DNA from: a virus
Lineage: Duplodnaviria > Heunggongvirae > Uroviricota > Caudoviricetes
DNA length: 42,122 nucleotides
Direction: 5' to 3' (one strand)
Virus record (IMG/VR): IMGVR_UViG_2778261299_000011
Made by a program: the position numbers and the translations under genes. Shown here one piece after another: positions 9,308-17,802 of this stretch. The notes beneath the pieces are model-generated. The model saw only the letters and a program-made list of their open reading frames with translations, had not been told where the DNA came from and searched no databases. The stretch's first letter is position 1; each line of letters opens with the position of its first letter.

Positions 9308-9337
9308 GGAAAGAAAAAAAGGGGCGAATGCCCCTTA
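9308..9337 (-). terminator. Rho-independent terminator downstream of repressor gene
   Basis: Minus-sense AAGGGGC-ATTC-GCCCCTT hairpin followed by TTTTTTTCTTTCC. Confidence 0.65.
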
Positions 9338-9985
9338 TGGAAGGTTTGCTATTTTTGCATCGACAACTACACCGATGATTTTGCAGTTCCCGTTGATCTC
9401 AATCATCGGATATTGTGGGTTAAGTGGTTTTAGAAACCTTCTACCAGCATCAATAACTAACTTCTTGAAAGTTGCCTCGTTTTCTCCTTCGAGCTTTGCC
9501 ACTACCAGCTTCCCATTACGAGGTTCTACTTCAGGATCAACAAGTATTATCATCCCTTCCGGGATGCTAAGACCGGCTGGAGCCGTCATCGAATCACCCT
9601 TTACGTCCAGCCAAAACGAATCTTCTGAACAATCTACGGTTGTATCGTACCAGTTATCTATTGCACGCTTATGATATGGCTCTACAGCTTCCATCCAACA
9701 TCCTGCGCTTACCCAACTAATTAGAGGATACGAACCTCTTGGATCATGCCTGCTGTGATAGGCAATGTTTGAAAGACTATCTTCTCCTTTCAACAAGTAA
9801 TCAGGGGAGCACTGTAAAGCCTTGGCTAAAGCCAATAGGTTTTCGCCATTGGGCTCAGTTTCAGAACGCTCCCATTGGGAAATAGCAACATTAGACACGC
9901 CAACCATCTTGCCAAGGGCAGCCTGCCTAATCTTAAGTTCTTTTCTGCGAGCGCGAATACGCTCACCCATCAGTTGTGTATTCAT
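9335..9985 (-). CDS. c2: Prophage repressor, P22 C2-type (LexA-like S24 peptidase fold)
   Basis: 216 aa; MNTQLMGERIRARRKELKIRQAALGKMVGVSNVAISQWERSETEPNGENLLALAKALQCSPDYLL and C-terminal ...VAKLEGENEATFKKLVIDAG... match remembered P22 C2. Confidence 0.95.
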   Translation of the reverse strand: MNTQLMGERIRARRKELKIRQAALGKMVGVSNVAISQWERSETEPNGENLLALAKALQCSPDYLLKGEDSLSNIAYHSRHDPRGSYPLISWVSAGCWMEAVEPYHKRAIDNWYDTTVDCSEDSFWLDVKGDSMTAPAGLSIPEGMIILVDPEVEPRNGKLVVAKLEGENEATFKKLVIDAGRRFLKPLNPQYPMIEINGNCKIIGVVVDAKIANLP

Positions 9986-10065
9986 AGTTAAGACATCTTA
10001 AATAAACTTGACTTAAGATTCCTTTGATAGATAATTTAAGTGTTCTTTAATTTGGTGGCGAGTCT
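9986..10065. promoter_or_regulatory. OR operators with divergent pRM/pR promoters
   Basis: 80-bp divergent intergenic region with three 18-bp imperfect palindromes, including ATTTAAGTGTTCTTTAAT at 10034-10051. Confidence 0.75.
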
Positions 10066-10251
10066 ATGTACAAGAAAGATGTTATCGACCACTTCGGAAC
10101 CCAGCGTGCGGTAGCTAAAGCGTTAGGCATTAGCGATGCAGCAGTCTCTCAGTGGAAGGAAGTCATCCCAGAGAAAGACGCCTATCGACTGGAAGTCGTT
10201 ACAGCTGGCGCCCTGAAGTATCAAGAAAGTGCTTATCGCAAAGCGGCATAA
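10066..10251 (+). CDS. cro: Cro, P22-type
   Basis: 61 aa; MYKKDVIDHFGTQRAVAKALGISDAAVSQWKEVIPEKDAYRLEVVTAGALKYQESAYRKAA. Confidence 0.9.
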   Translation: MYKKDVIDHFGTQRAVAKALGISDAAVSQWKEVIPEKDAYRLEVVTAGALKYQESAYRKAA

Positions 10252-10258
10252 GCAAATT

Positions 10259-10300
10259 GCTCTTTAACAGTCATGGTCCTTATTCCCGCCGAAATGCGGG
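10259..10300 (+). promoter_or_regulatory. nutR: boxA (GCTCTTTAACA) and boxB hairpin (CCCGCCGAAATGCGGG)
   Basis: boxA 10259-10269 and boxB 10285-10300 downstream of cro; inverted copy of nutL. Confidence 0.7.
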
Positions 10301-10359
10301 AATACAACGCGCATCAGTTGGTGCGTATAACTTCTTATTTGTTAAGGAAATACTTACAT

Positions 10360-10638
10360 ATGCAACTTACAAGTACTCGCAAGAAAGCGAATGCAATCAC
10401 AAGCAACATCCTGAATCGAATTGCTGTACGTGGTCAGCGAAAGGTTGCTGATGCATTAGGGATTAATGAATCGCAAATTTCGCGATGGAAAGACAGCTTT
10501 ATCCCAAAGATGGCCATGCTTCTGGCTGTGCTGGAGTGGGGTGTTGAAGACGAGGAATTAGCAAAGCTAGCAAAGAAAGTAGCCATGGTGCTGACAAAAG
10601 AAAAGCCTCAAGACTGCTGCAACAGTTTTGAGGCCTGA
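10360..10638 (+). CDS. c1: CII-like transcriptional activator (P22 C1-type)
   Basis: From MQLTSTRKKANAITSNILNRIAVRGQRKVADALGINESQISRWK; AAGGAAA SD before ATG at 10360; the ORF-track N-terminal extension covers nutR and is not coding. Confidence 0.85.
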   Translation: MQLTSTRKKANAITSNILNRIAVRGQRKVADALGINESQISRWKDSFIPKMAMLLAVLEWGVEDEELAKLAKKVAMVLTKEKPQDCCNSFEA

Positions 10639-10672
10639 TGTAGAAAGACTGGATCAATCCACAGGAGTCATT

Positions 10673-11572
10673 ATGACAAATACAGCAAAAATACTCAACT
10701 TCGGCAGAGGTAACTTTACCGGACAGGAGCGTAATGTGGCAGATCTCGATGATGGTTACGCCAGACTATCAAATATGCTGCTTGAGGCTTATTCAGGCGC
10801 AGATCTGACCAAGCGACAATTTAAAGTGCTGCTTGCCATTCTGCGTAAAACCTATGGGTGGAATAAACCAATGGACAGAATCACCGATTCTCAACTTAGC
10901 GAGATTACAAAGTTACCTGTCAAACGGTGCAATGAAGCCAAGTTAGAACTCGTCAGAATGAATATTATCAAGCAGCAAGGCGGCATGTTTGGACCAAATA
11001 AAAGCATCTCAGAATGGTGTATCCCTCAAAACGAGGGAAAATCCCCTAAAACGAGGGATAAAACATCCCTCAAATTGGGGGATTGCTATCCCTCAAAACA
11101 GGGGGACACAAAAGACACTATTACAAAAGAAAAAAGAAAAGATTATTCGTCCGAGAATTCTGGCGAATCCTCTGACCAGCCAGAAAACGATCTTTCTGTG
11201 GTTAAACCGGATGCTGCAATTCAGAGCGGCAGCAAGTGGGGGACAGCAGAAGACCTGACCGCCGCAGAGTGGATGTTTGACATGGTGAAGACTATCGCAC
11301 CATCAGCCAGAAAACCGAATTTTGCTGGGTGGGCTAACGATATCCGCCTGATGCGTGAACGTGACGGACGTAACCATCGCGACATGTGTGTACTGTTCCG
11401 CTGGGCATGCCAGGACAACTTCTGGTCCGGTAACGTGCTTAGCCCGGCCAAACTCCGCGACAAGTGGACCCAGCTCGAAATCAACCGTAACAAGCAACAG
11501 GCAGTCGTGACAGCCAGCAAACCAAAACTCGACCTGACAAACACAGACTGGATTTACGGGGTGGATCTATGA
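10673..11572 (+). CDS. O: Replication initiator O
   Basis: MTNTAKILNFGRGNFTGQERNVADLDDGYARLSNMLLEAYSGADLTKRQFKVLLAILRKTYGWNKPMDRI matches lambda O; contains iterons. Confidence 0.95.
   Translation: MTNTAKILNFGRGNFTGQERNVADLDDGYARLSNMLLEAYSGADLTKRQFKVLLAILRKTYGWNKPMDRITDSQLSEITKLPVKRCNEAKLELVRMNIIKQQGGMFGPNKSISEWCIPQNEGKSPKTRDKTSLKLGDCYPSKQGDTKDTITKEKRKDYSSENSGESSDQPENDLSVVKPDAAIQSGSKWGTAEDLTAAEWMFDMVKTIAPSARKPNFAGWANDIRLMRERDGRNHRDMCVLFRWACQDNFWSGNVLSPAKLRDKWTQLEINRNKQQAVVTASKPKLDLTNTDWIYGVDL
11021..11150 (+). repeat. ori-lambda: four ~18-bp iterons plus AT-rich region inside O
   Basis: ATCCCTCAAAACGAGGGA-type repeats four times, followed by an A-rich tract. Confidence 0.9.
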
Positions 11573-12270
11573 AAAACATCGCCGCACAGATGGTTAACTT
11601 TGACCGTGAGCAGATGCGTCGGATCGCCAACAACATGCCGGAACAGTACGACGAAAAGCCGCAGGTACAGCAGGTAGCGCAGATCATCAACGGTGTGTTC
11701 AGCCAGTTACTGGCAACTTTCCCGGCGAGTCTGGCTAACCGTGACCAGAACGAACTGAACGAAATCCGCCGCCAGTGGGTTCTGGCTTTCCGGGAAAACG
11801 GGATCACCACAATGGAACAGGTTAACGCAGGAATGCGCGTAGCCCGTCGGCAGAATCGACCATTTCTGCCATCACCCGGGCAGTTTGTTGCATGGTGCCG
11901 GGAAGAAGCATCCGTTATCGCCGGACTGCCAAACGTCAGCGAGCTGCTTGATATGGTTTACGAGTATTGCCGGAAGCGAGGCCTGTATCCGGATGCGGAG
12001 TCTTATCCGTGGAAATCAAACGCGCACTACTGGCTGGTTACCAACCTGTATCAGAACATGCGGGCCAATGCGCTTACTGATGCGGAATTACGCCGTAAGG
12101 CCGCAGATGAGCTTGTCCATATGACTGCGAGAATTAACCGTGGTGAGGCGATCCCTGAACCAGTAAAACAACTTCCTGTCATGGGCGGTAGACCTCTAAA
12201 TCGTGCACAGGCTCTGGCGAAGATCGCAGAACTCAAAGCTAAGTTCGGACTGAAAGGAGCAAGTGTATGA
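11569..12270 (+). CDS. P: Replication protein P (DnaB helicase loader)
   Basis: 233 aa; MKNIAAQMVNFDREQMRRIANNMPEQYDEKPQVQQVAQIINGVFSQLLATFPASLANRDQNELNEIRRQW matches lambda P. Confidence 0.95.
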   Translation: MKNIAAQMVNFDREQMRRIANNMPEQYDEKPQVQQVAQIINGVFSQLLATFPASLANRDQNELNEIRRQWVLAFRENGITTMEQVNAGMRVARRQNRPFLPSPGQFVAWCREEASVIAGLPNVSELLDMVYEYCRKRGLYPDAESYPWKSNAHYWLVTNLYQNMRANALTDAELRRKAADELVHMTARINRGEAIPEPVKQLPVMGGRPLNRAQALAKIAELKAKFGLKGASV

Positions 12271-12557
12271 CGGGCAAAGAGGCAATTATTCATTACCTGG
12301 GGACGCATAATAGCTTCTGTGCGCCGGACGTTGCCGCGCTAACAGGCGCAACAGTAACCAGCATAAATCAGGCCGCGGCTAAAATGGCACGGGCAGGTCT
12401 TCTGGTTATCGAAGGTAAGGTCTGGCGAACGGTGTATTACCGGTTTGCTACCAGGGAAGAACGGGAAGGAAAGATGAGCACGAACCTGATTTTTAAGGAG
12501 TGTCGCCAGAGTGCCGCGATGAAACGGGTATTGGCGGTATATGGAGTTAAAAGATGA
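12267..12557 (+). CDS. ren: Ren (Rex exclusion alleviation)
   Basis: 96 aa; MTGKEAIIHYLGTHNSFCAPDVAALTGATVTSINQAAAKMARAGLLVIEGKVWRTVYYRF; overlaps P stop. Confidence 0.85.
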   Translation: MTGKEAIIHYLGTHNSFCAPDVAALTGATVTSINQAAAKMARAGLLVIEGKVWRTVYYRFATREEREGKMSTNLIFKECRQSAAMKRVLAVYGVKR

Positions 12558-12583
12558 CCATCTACATCACTGAGCTAATAACA

Positions 12584-12614
12584 GGCCTGCTGGTAATCGC
12601 AGGCCTTTTTATTT
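12584..12614 (+). terminator. Rho-independent terminator (tR2-like) before nin region
   Basis: GGCCTGC-8 nt loop-GCAGGCC hairpin followed by TTTTTATTT. Confidence 0.7.
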
Positions 12615-12630
12615 GGGGGAGAGGGAAGTC

Positions 12631-13071
12631 ATGAAAAAACTAACCTTTGAAATTCGATCTCCAGCACATCAGCAGAACGCCATTCAAGCTATCCAGCAAA
12701 TCCTTCCAGACCCAACCAAACCAATCGTAGTAACCATTCAGGAACGCAACCGCAGCTTAGACCAGAATCGAAAGCTTTGGGCTTGCCTTGGTGACGTCTC
12801 TCGTCAGGTTGAATGGCATGGTCGCTGGCTGGATGCAGAAAGCTGGAAGTGCGTTTTTACAGCAGCATTAAAGCAGCAGGACGTTGTTCCTAACCTTGCC
12901 GGGAATGGCTTTGTGGTAATAGGCCAGTCAACCAGCAGGATGCGTGTAAGCGAATTTGCGGAGCTATTAGAGCTTATACAGGCATTCGGTACAGAGCGTG
13001 GCGTTAAGTGGTCAGACGAAGCGCGACTAGCTCTCGAATGGAAAGCGCGATGGGGAGAGCGGGCTGCATGA
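12631..13071 (+). CDS. ninB: NinB (Orf family recombination protein)
   Basis: MKKLTFEIRSPAHQQNAIQAIQQILPDPTKPIVVTIQERNRSLDQNRKLWACLGDVSRQVEWHGRWLDAESWK matches lambda NinB. Confidence 0.9.
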   Translation: MKKLTFEIRSPAHQQNAIQAIQQILPDPTKPIVVTIQERNRSLDQNRKLWACLGDVSRQVEWHGRWLDAESWKCVFTAALKQQDVVPNLAGNGFVVIGQSTSRMRVSEFAELLELIQAFGTERGVKWSDEARLALEWKARWGERAA

Positions 13072-13508
13072 CTATCAAATCAAATACGCCAGCACACGAC
13101 AAGGACTGCTGGCAAACGCCGCTTTGGCTTTTTGATGCACTGGATATTGAGTTTGGATTCTGGCTGGATTCGGCAGCGAGCGACAAAAATGCTCTGTGCG
13201 CTCACTGGTTAACTGAGGCCGACGACGCGCTAAATTCTGAGTGGATAAGCCACGGTGCAATCTGGAATAACCCACCGTACAGCAATATCAGGCCGTGGGT
13301 GGAAAAAGCCGCTGAGCAGTGCATACAACAGCGACAGACGGTAGTGATGCTTGTGCCAGAGGATATGTCTGTCGGATGGTTCAGCAAGGCTCTGGAGAGT
13401 ATTGACGAAGTTCGCATCATCACTGATGGACGGATTAATTTTATCGAACCATCGACAGGGCTGGAGAAGAAGGGAAACAGCAAAGGTTCCATGCTGCTGA
13501 TTTGGTGA
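13068..13508 (+). CDS. Phage DNA N6-adenine methyltransferase (Dam-like)
   Basis: NPPY catalytic motif ([18 protein letters not shown]) typical of N6-adenine MTases; ATGA overlap with ninB stop. Confidence 0.8.
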   Translation: MTIKSNTPAHDKDCWQTPLWLFDALDIEFGFWLDSAASDKNALCAHWLTEADDALNSEWISHGAIWNNPPYSNIRPWVEKAAEQCIQQRQTVVMLVPEDMSVGWFSKALESIDEVRIITDGRINFIEPSTGLEKKGNSKGSMLLIW

Positions 13509-13591
13509 CCGTTCATCAGTCCTCGACGGATGTTTACTACCGTATCCAAAGCGGCATTGATGGCGATCGGGCAGGGCGTCAGGAGGGCAGC

Positions 13592-13774
13592 ATGAGACGA
13601 CAGCGACGAAGTATCACCGACATCATCTGCGAAAACTGCAAATACCTTCCAACGAAGCGCTCCAGAAATAAACGCAAGCCAATCCCAAAAGAATCTGACG
13701 TAAAAACCTTCAACTACACGGCTCACCTGTGGGATATCCGGTGGCTTAGAGAACGTGCGAGGAAAACAAGGTGA
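13592..13774 (+). CDS. ninE: NinE
   Basis: [60 protein letters not shown] with AGGAGG SD; lambda NinE-like. Confidence 0.7.
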   Translation: MRRQRRSITDIICENCKYLPTKRSRNKRKPIPKESDVKTFNYTAHLWDIRWLRERARKTR

Positions 13775-13941
13775 TTGACCAAAATCGAAGTTACGAACAA
13801 GGAAGTGTCGAGCGAGCTTTAACGTGCGCTAACTGCGGTCAGAAGCTGCATGTGCTGGAAGTTCACGTGTGTGAGCACTGCTGCGCAGAACTGATGAGCG
13901 ATCCGAATAGCTCGATGCACGAGGAAGAAGACGATGGCTAA
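13771..13941 (+). CDS. ninF: NinF (GTG start)
   Basis: Hand-translated [56 protein letters not shown]; overlaps ninE stop and ninG start. Confidence 0.55.
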   Translation: MIDQNRSYEQGSVERALTCANCGQKLHVLEVHVCEHCCAELMSDPNSSMHEEEDDG

Positions 13942-14545
13942 ACCAGCGCGAAGACGATGTAAAAACGATGAATGTCGGGAATGGTTTCACCCTGCATTCG
14001 CCAATCAGTGGTGGTGCTCTCCAGAGTGTGGAACCAAGATAGCACTCGAACGACGAAGCAAAGAACGCGAAAAAGCGGAAAAGGCAGCAGAGAAGAAACG
14101 ACGACGAGAGGAGCAGAAACAGAAAGATAAACTTAAGATTCGAAAACTCGCCTTAAAGCCCCGCAGTTACTGGATTAAACAAGCCCAACAAGCCGTAAAC
14201 GCCTTCATCAGAGAAAGAGACCGCGACTTACCATGTATCTCGTGCGGAACGCTCACGTCTGCTCAGTGGGATGCCGGGCATTACCGGACAACTGCTGCGG
14301 CGCCTCAACTCCGATTTGATGAACGCAATATTCACAAGCAATGCGTGGTGTGCAACCAGCACAAAAGCGGAAATCTCGTTCCGTATCGCGTCGAACTGAT
14401 TAACCGCATCGGGCAGGAAGCAGTAGACGAAATCGAATCAAACCATAACCGCCATCGCTGGACTGTCGAAGAGTGCAGGGCCATCAAGGCGGAGTATCAA
14501 CAGAAACTTAAAAAACTGCGAAACAGCAGAAGTGAGGCTGCATGA
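13934..14545 (+). CDS. ninG: NinG / Rap, recombination-associated Holliday-junction endonuclease
   Basis: 203 aa; [41 protein letters not shown]... matches lambda NinG. Confidence 0.9.
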   Translation: MAKPARRRCKNDECREWFHPAFANQWWCSPECGTKIALERRSKEREKAEKAAEKKRRREEQKQKDKLKIRKLALKPRSYWIKQAQQAVNAFIRERDRDLPCISCGTLTSAQWDAGHYRTTAAAPQLRFDERNIHKQCVVCNQHKSGNLVPYRVELINRIGQEAVDEIESNHNRHRWTVEECRAIKAEYQQKLKKLRNSRSEAA

Positions 14546-15213
14546 ATATCTACGAAAGAATTGATGGCAGCAAATACCGAAATATTTGGGTAGTTGGCGA
14601 TCTGCACGGATGCTACACGAACCTGATGAACAAACTGGATACGATTGGATTCGACAACAAAAAAGACCTGCTTATCTCGGTGGGCGATTTGGTTGATCGT
14701 GGTGCAGAGAACGTTGAATGCCTGGAATTAATCACATTCCCCTGGTTCAGAGCTGTACGTGGAAACCATGAGCAAATGATGATTGATGGCTTATCAGAGC
14801 GTGGAAACGTTAATCACTGGCTGCTTAATGGCGGTGGCTGGTTCTTTAATCTCGATTACGACAAAGAAATTCTGGCTAAAGCTCTTGCCCATAAAGCAGA
14901 AGAACTTCCGTTAATCATCGAACTGGTGAGCAAAGGTAAAAAATATGTCATCTGCCACGCCGATTATCCTTGTGACGAATACGAATTTGGAAAGCCAGTT
15001 GATCATCAGCAGGTAATCTGGAACCGCGAACGAATCAGCAACTCACAAGACGGGATCGTTAAAGAAATTAAAGGCGCGGACACGTTTATCTTTGGTCATA
15101 CGCCAGCAGTGAAACCACTCAAATTTGCCAACCAGATGTATATCGATACTGGGGCAGTGTTCTGCGGAAATCTCACATTGATTCAGGTACAGGGAGAAGG
15201 CGCGTGGGCATAA
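14542..15213 (+). CDS. ninI: Ser/Thr protein phosphatase (lambda NinI / PPase)
   Basis: GDLHGCY and GDLVDRG-ENVE-GNHE metallophosphatase motifs; matches lambda phosphatase. Confidence 0.9.
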   Translation: MNIYERIDGSKYRNIWVVGDLHGCYTNLMNKLDTIGFDNKKDLLISVGDLVDRGAENVECLELITFPWFRAVRGNHEQMMIDGLSERGNVNHWLLNGGGWFFNLDYDKEILAKALAHKAEELPLIIELVSKGKKYVICHADYPCDEYEFGKPVDHQQVIWNRERISNSQDGIVKEIKGADTFIFGHTPAVKPLKFANQMYIDTGAVFCGNLTLIQVQGEGAWA

Positions 15214-15692
15214 GAGAACTAAACCTCACCAAAGAACAGCATGAGTGGCTGAATGGCTGGCTTGAACTGTGGGGCGCATGGGTTTATTCAGGTCGTCTGG
15301 AAAAGCGCATGAGCAGCGTAATAGCGAAGTTCATGGAGAGCGTAGAGCCGGGAAGAGTTATGACAAGGCCAATGTGTAATGATGATGATGGAATGTTGAT
15401 TTCTCAGGTCGTCGATTCCGTCATGTACATTGACAAGAAAGCCTTTGGAATCCTCCTCAGCTACTACGCTCATGGCTCTTCCAAGCACGCCATTGCATCT
15501 TACTATCATCGCGTCGCAAGACCTCGCAAGATGTTATGCCGTGGCGGCGGGCGCATTCAAAAACCATCGCTCGCAACCTGTCGACGGGAAGTTGACGAAA
15601 TCCTTAATGCCTCGTTGTTTATGATTTACCCGGTTCTGGATAGTGCGTTTAAAAATCGGAAACGTGTAGAGAAAATTAAACATGTAGCATAG
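15204..15692 (+). CDS. Q: Late-gene antiterminator Q (short, non-lambda Q family; GTG start)
   Basis: 162-aa ORF in the Q position between nin genes and the lysis cassette; Cys cluster PMCNDDDG...CRGGG; AGGGAGAAGG SD. Confidence 0.75.
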   Translation: MGIRELNLTKEQHEWLNGWLELWGAWVYSGRLEKRMSSVIAKFMESVEPGRVMTRPMCNDDDGMLISQVVDSVMYIDKKAFGILLSYYAHGSSKHAIASYYHRVARPRKMLCRGGGRIQKPSLATCRREVDEILNASLFMIYPVLDSAFKNRKRVEKIKHVA

Positions 15693-15694
15693 AA

Positions 15695-15736
15695 CGTGTT
15701 GACATCATTGAGCAAATGAGCAACACTATTGGCATA
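15695..15736 (+). promoter_or_regulatory. Putative late promoter (pR' analogue) / Q-utilisation region
   Basis: TTGACA at 15699-15704; no clean -10 hexamer could be assigned, so the start site is uncertain. Confidence 0.35.
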
Positions 15737-15783
15737 AGCTGCCGTTAGTGACTCTTAAGTTGCAACGGTGGCTTTTTTTATTT
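15737..15783 (+). terminator. Stem-loop plus T-run terminator (tR' analogue) preceding tRNA genes
   Basis: AGCTGCCGTT...AACGGTGGCT extended hairpin followed by TTTTTTTATTT. Confidence 0.55.
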
Positions 15784-15858
15784 GGGTCAGTCGTATAAAG
15801 GTCATTACGGAAGGCTGTTAACCTTCTTATCGTGGTTCGAGTCCACGCTGTCCCGCCA
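15784..15858 (+). tRNA. tRNA-Asn(GTT)-like, phage-encoded, somewhat divergent
   Basis: Hand-folded cloverleaf: acceptor GGGTCAG/CTGTCCC (one mismatch), anticodon stem GAAGG/CCTTC with loop CTGTTAA, T-arm CGTGG-TTCGAGT-CCACG, 3' GCCA; D-arm weak. Confidence 0.5.
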
Positions 15859-15863
15859 AATAT

Positions 15864-15939
15864 GCTGGTTTAGCTCCAATGGTAGAGCAGTCGCCTTGTA
15901 AGCGAATGGGTAGCGGTTCAAGTCCGTTAACCAGCACCA
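15864..15939 (+). tRNA. tRNA-Thr(TGT)-like, phage-encoded
   Basis: Hand-folded: acceptor GCTGGTT/AACCAGC, D-arm GCTC-CAATGGTA-GAGC, anticodon loop CTTGTAA, T-arm AGCGG-TTCAAGT-CCGTT, 3' ACCA; overall resembles E. coli tRNA-Thr. Confidence 0.65.
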
Positions 15940-16181
15940 TAACTGAGCCGTAGCCACTGGCTATCCTGAATTCATCAGTGATAGTTACGCTGCGGCATTC
16001 TACGCATGACCTTCGTGAAAGCGGGTGGCAAGAGGCTGCGCTAACAACCTCCTGCCGTTTTGCCCGTGCATATCGGTCACGAACAAATCTGATTACTAAA
16101 CACAGTAGCCTGGATTTGTTCTATCAGTAATCGACATTATTTCTAATTAAATAGAGCAAATCCCCTTATTGTGGGTAAGAC

Positions 16182-16505
16182 ATGAAGATGCCAGAAAAAC
16201 ATGACCTGTTAGCCGCCATTCTCGCGGCAAAGGAACAAGGCATCGGGGCAATCCTTGCGTTTGCAATGGCGTACCTTCGCGGCAGATATAATGGCGGTGC
16301 GTTTACAAAAACAGTAATCGACGCAACGATGTGCGCCATTATCGCCTGGTTCATTCGTGACCTTCTCGACTTCGCCGGACTAAGTAGCAATCTCGCTTAT
16401 ATAACGAGCGTGTTCATCGGCTACATCGGTACTGACTCGATTGGTTCGCTTATCAAACGCTTCGCTGCTAAAAAAGCCGGAGTAGAAGATGGTGGAAATC
16501 AATAA
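16182..16505 (+). CDS. S: Holin S (dual-start MKM motif)
   Basis: 107 aa; [64 protein letters not shown] matches lambda S. Confidence 0.95.
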   Translation: MKMPEKHDLLAAILAAKEQGIGAILAFAMAYLRGRYNGGAFTKTVIDATMCAIIAWFIRDLLDFAGLSSNLAYITSVFIGYIGTDSIGSLIKRFAAKKAGVEDGGNQ

Positions 16506-16965
16506 TCAACGTAAGGCGTTCCTCGATATGCTGGCGTGGTCGGAGGGAACTGATAACGGACGGCAGAAAACCAGAAATCATGGTTATGACGTCATTGTAG
16601 GCGGAGAGCTATTCACTGATTACTCTGATCACCCTCGCAAACTTGTCACGCTAAACCTCAAACTCAAATCAACAGCAGCCGGTCGCTACCAGCTTCTTTC
16701 ACGCTGGTGGGATGCCTACCGCAAGCAACTTGGCCTGAAAGATTTTTCTCCAGAAAGCCAGGATGCTGTAGCGCTGCAGCAGATTAAAGAGCGTGGCGCT
16801 TTACCGATGATTGACCGCGGCGATATTCGTCAGGCAATCGACCGTTGCAGCAATATCTGGGCTTCGTTGCCGGGGGCTGGTTACGGTCAGTATGAACATA
16901 GAATCGGTGACCTGATTGCCCGATTTAAAGAAGCGGGTGGGGTGGTAAATGAAGCTGAGATATAA
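16489..16965 (+). CDS. R: Endolysin R (lytic transglycosylase)
   Basis: 158 aa; [56 protein letters not shown] matches lambda R. Confidence 0.95.
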   Translation: MVEINNQRKAFLDMLAWSEGTDNGRQKTRNHGYDVIVGGELFTDYSDHPRKLVTLNLKLKSTAAGRYQLLSRWWDAYRKQLGLKDFSPESQDAVALQQIKERGALPMIDRGDIRQAIDRCSNIWASLPGAGYGQYEHRIGDLIARFKEAGGVVNEAEI

Positions 16966-17341
16966 GCTGGTTATTGTTGCCTTCTTTGTTACCGTCATCG
17001 GTTCTTTTATCTGGTCTGCCGGGCATTACTACAGCAAATATCAGCACGAAAAGGAGCGTGCTGATGAGGCTGTACGAAATGCTGAATCTGCAACAGCCAT
17101 TACCAGTAACGTCCTGCAATCTCTGCAAATCATCAATACAGTTATAGAGGCTAACCAGCATGCAAAACAGCAGATCGCACTGGAGTCACAGAGAACCCAG
17201 GAAGATATCAAAGTGGCTGTTTCGGGTGATGATTGCGCTGTTCGTATCGTTCCTTCTGGCGCAGTTAAGCGGTTGCACGAATACGCGAACGGTATACGTG
17301 TCGGTGCCGGTCGTTCCGTTACCAGCCAGTCTGACGGATGA
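16949..17341 (+). CDS. Rz: i-spanin (Rz-like, non-lambda sequence type)
   Basis: N-terminal TM segment (LVIVAFFVTVIGSFIW) then coiled-coil-like region; position after R. Confidence 0.7.
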   Translation: MKLRYKLVIVAFFVTVIGSFIWSAGHYYSKYQHEKERADEAVRNAESATAITSNVLQSLQIINTVIEANQHAKQQIALESQRTQEDIKVAVSGDDCAVRIVPSGAVKRLHEYANGIRVGAGRSVTSQSDG

Positions 17342-17504
17342 AACACCCCAGCCAGATTTACCCGACCCGTTTACGTGGGGAGCTAGCCTTAACCTGAATG
17401 TTGCGTTGTTGTCAGCGTTAGCACAGTGCAACAGGGATAAGGCTGATATCAGGGCTTTTGAGAAAAACAGGGCAGCACAAACCAATGGCACGATTAAACG
17501 TTAA
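17229..17504 (+). CDS. Rz1: o-spanin (Rz1-like lipoprotein) in +1 frame, overlapping and extending beyond Rz
   Basis: MIALFVSFLLAQLSGC lipobox-containing signal then Pro-rich mature region; start codon uncertain (ATG 17229 or GTG 17226). Confidence 0.5.
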   Translation: MIALFVSFLLAQLSGCTNTRTVYVSVPVVPLPASLTDETPQPDLPDPFTWGASLNLNVALLSALAQCNRDKADIRAFEKNRAAQTNGTIKR

Positions 17505-17670
17505 AGTTATCCCACCAGACAGCGAAACGATGAACGGGATTTTTGCAGAGATTGAACGTAAATATGCGCATCAGCCGATGACGCCAAAAGTTATCGATGA
17601 AATGCAACGCGAAGCGGCGCGCCTTGTACGGCGAGCGACAAACACGAAGGTTACGTTCGTTCGGGACTGA
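17485..17670 (+). CDS. Hypothetical small protein (61 aa from MARLNVKV)
   Basis: ORF downstream of spanins; start uncertain. Confidence 0.35.
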   Translation: MARLNVKVIPPDSETMNGIFAEIERKYAHQPMTPKVIDEMQREAARLVRRATNTKVTFVRD

Positions 17671-17802
17671 CATTACAGAAGCTCCTTTGATAAGGGGCTT
17701 CGATAATGTCACTAAGAGGAAAAATTCATGGCAAAACCGGACTGGGAGGCCATCGAAACGGCGTACCAGTGGCGGGTGAAGTATAGGGCATCTATTTATT
17801 CA

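Noticed and set aside
10273-10359. N-terminal extension of the cII-like ORF (MVLIPAEMREYNAHQL...)
   Set aside because: It overlaps the nutR boxA/boxB elements and lacks an SD; the conserved start MQLTSTRKK at 10360 has an AAGGAAA SD.
13202-13726. 174-aa minus-strand ORF
   Set aside because: Antisense to the Dam-like methyltransferase and ninE, which have motif-level support.
15940-16181. Possible third tRNA or small RNA between the tRNA pair and the holin gene
   Set aside because: Short inverted repeats are present but no cloverleaf with a T-arm and CCA end could be folded by hand; left unannotated.
17671-17700. 10-bp hairpin (GAAGCTCCTT-TGAT-AAGGGGCTTC) as a terminator
   Set aside because: No T-run follows on either strand, so it is not an intrinsic terminator by sequence; it may be an RNA structure of unknown role.
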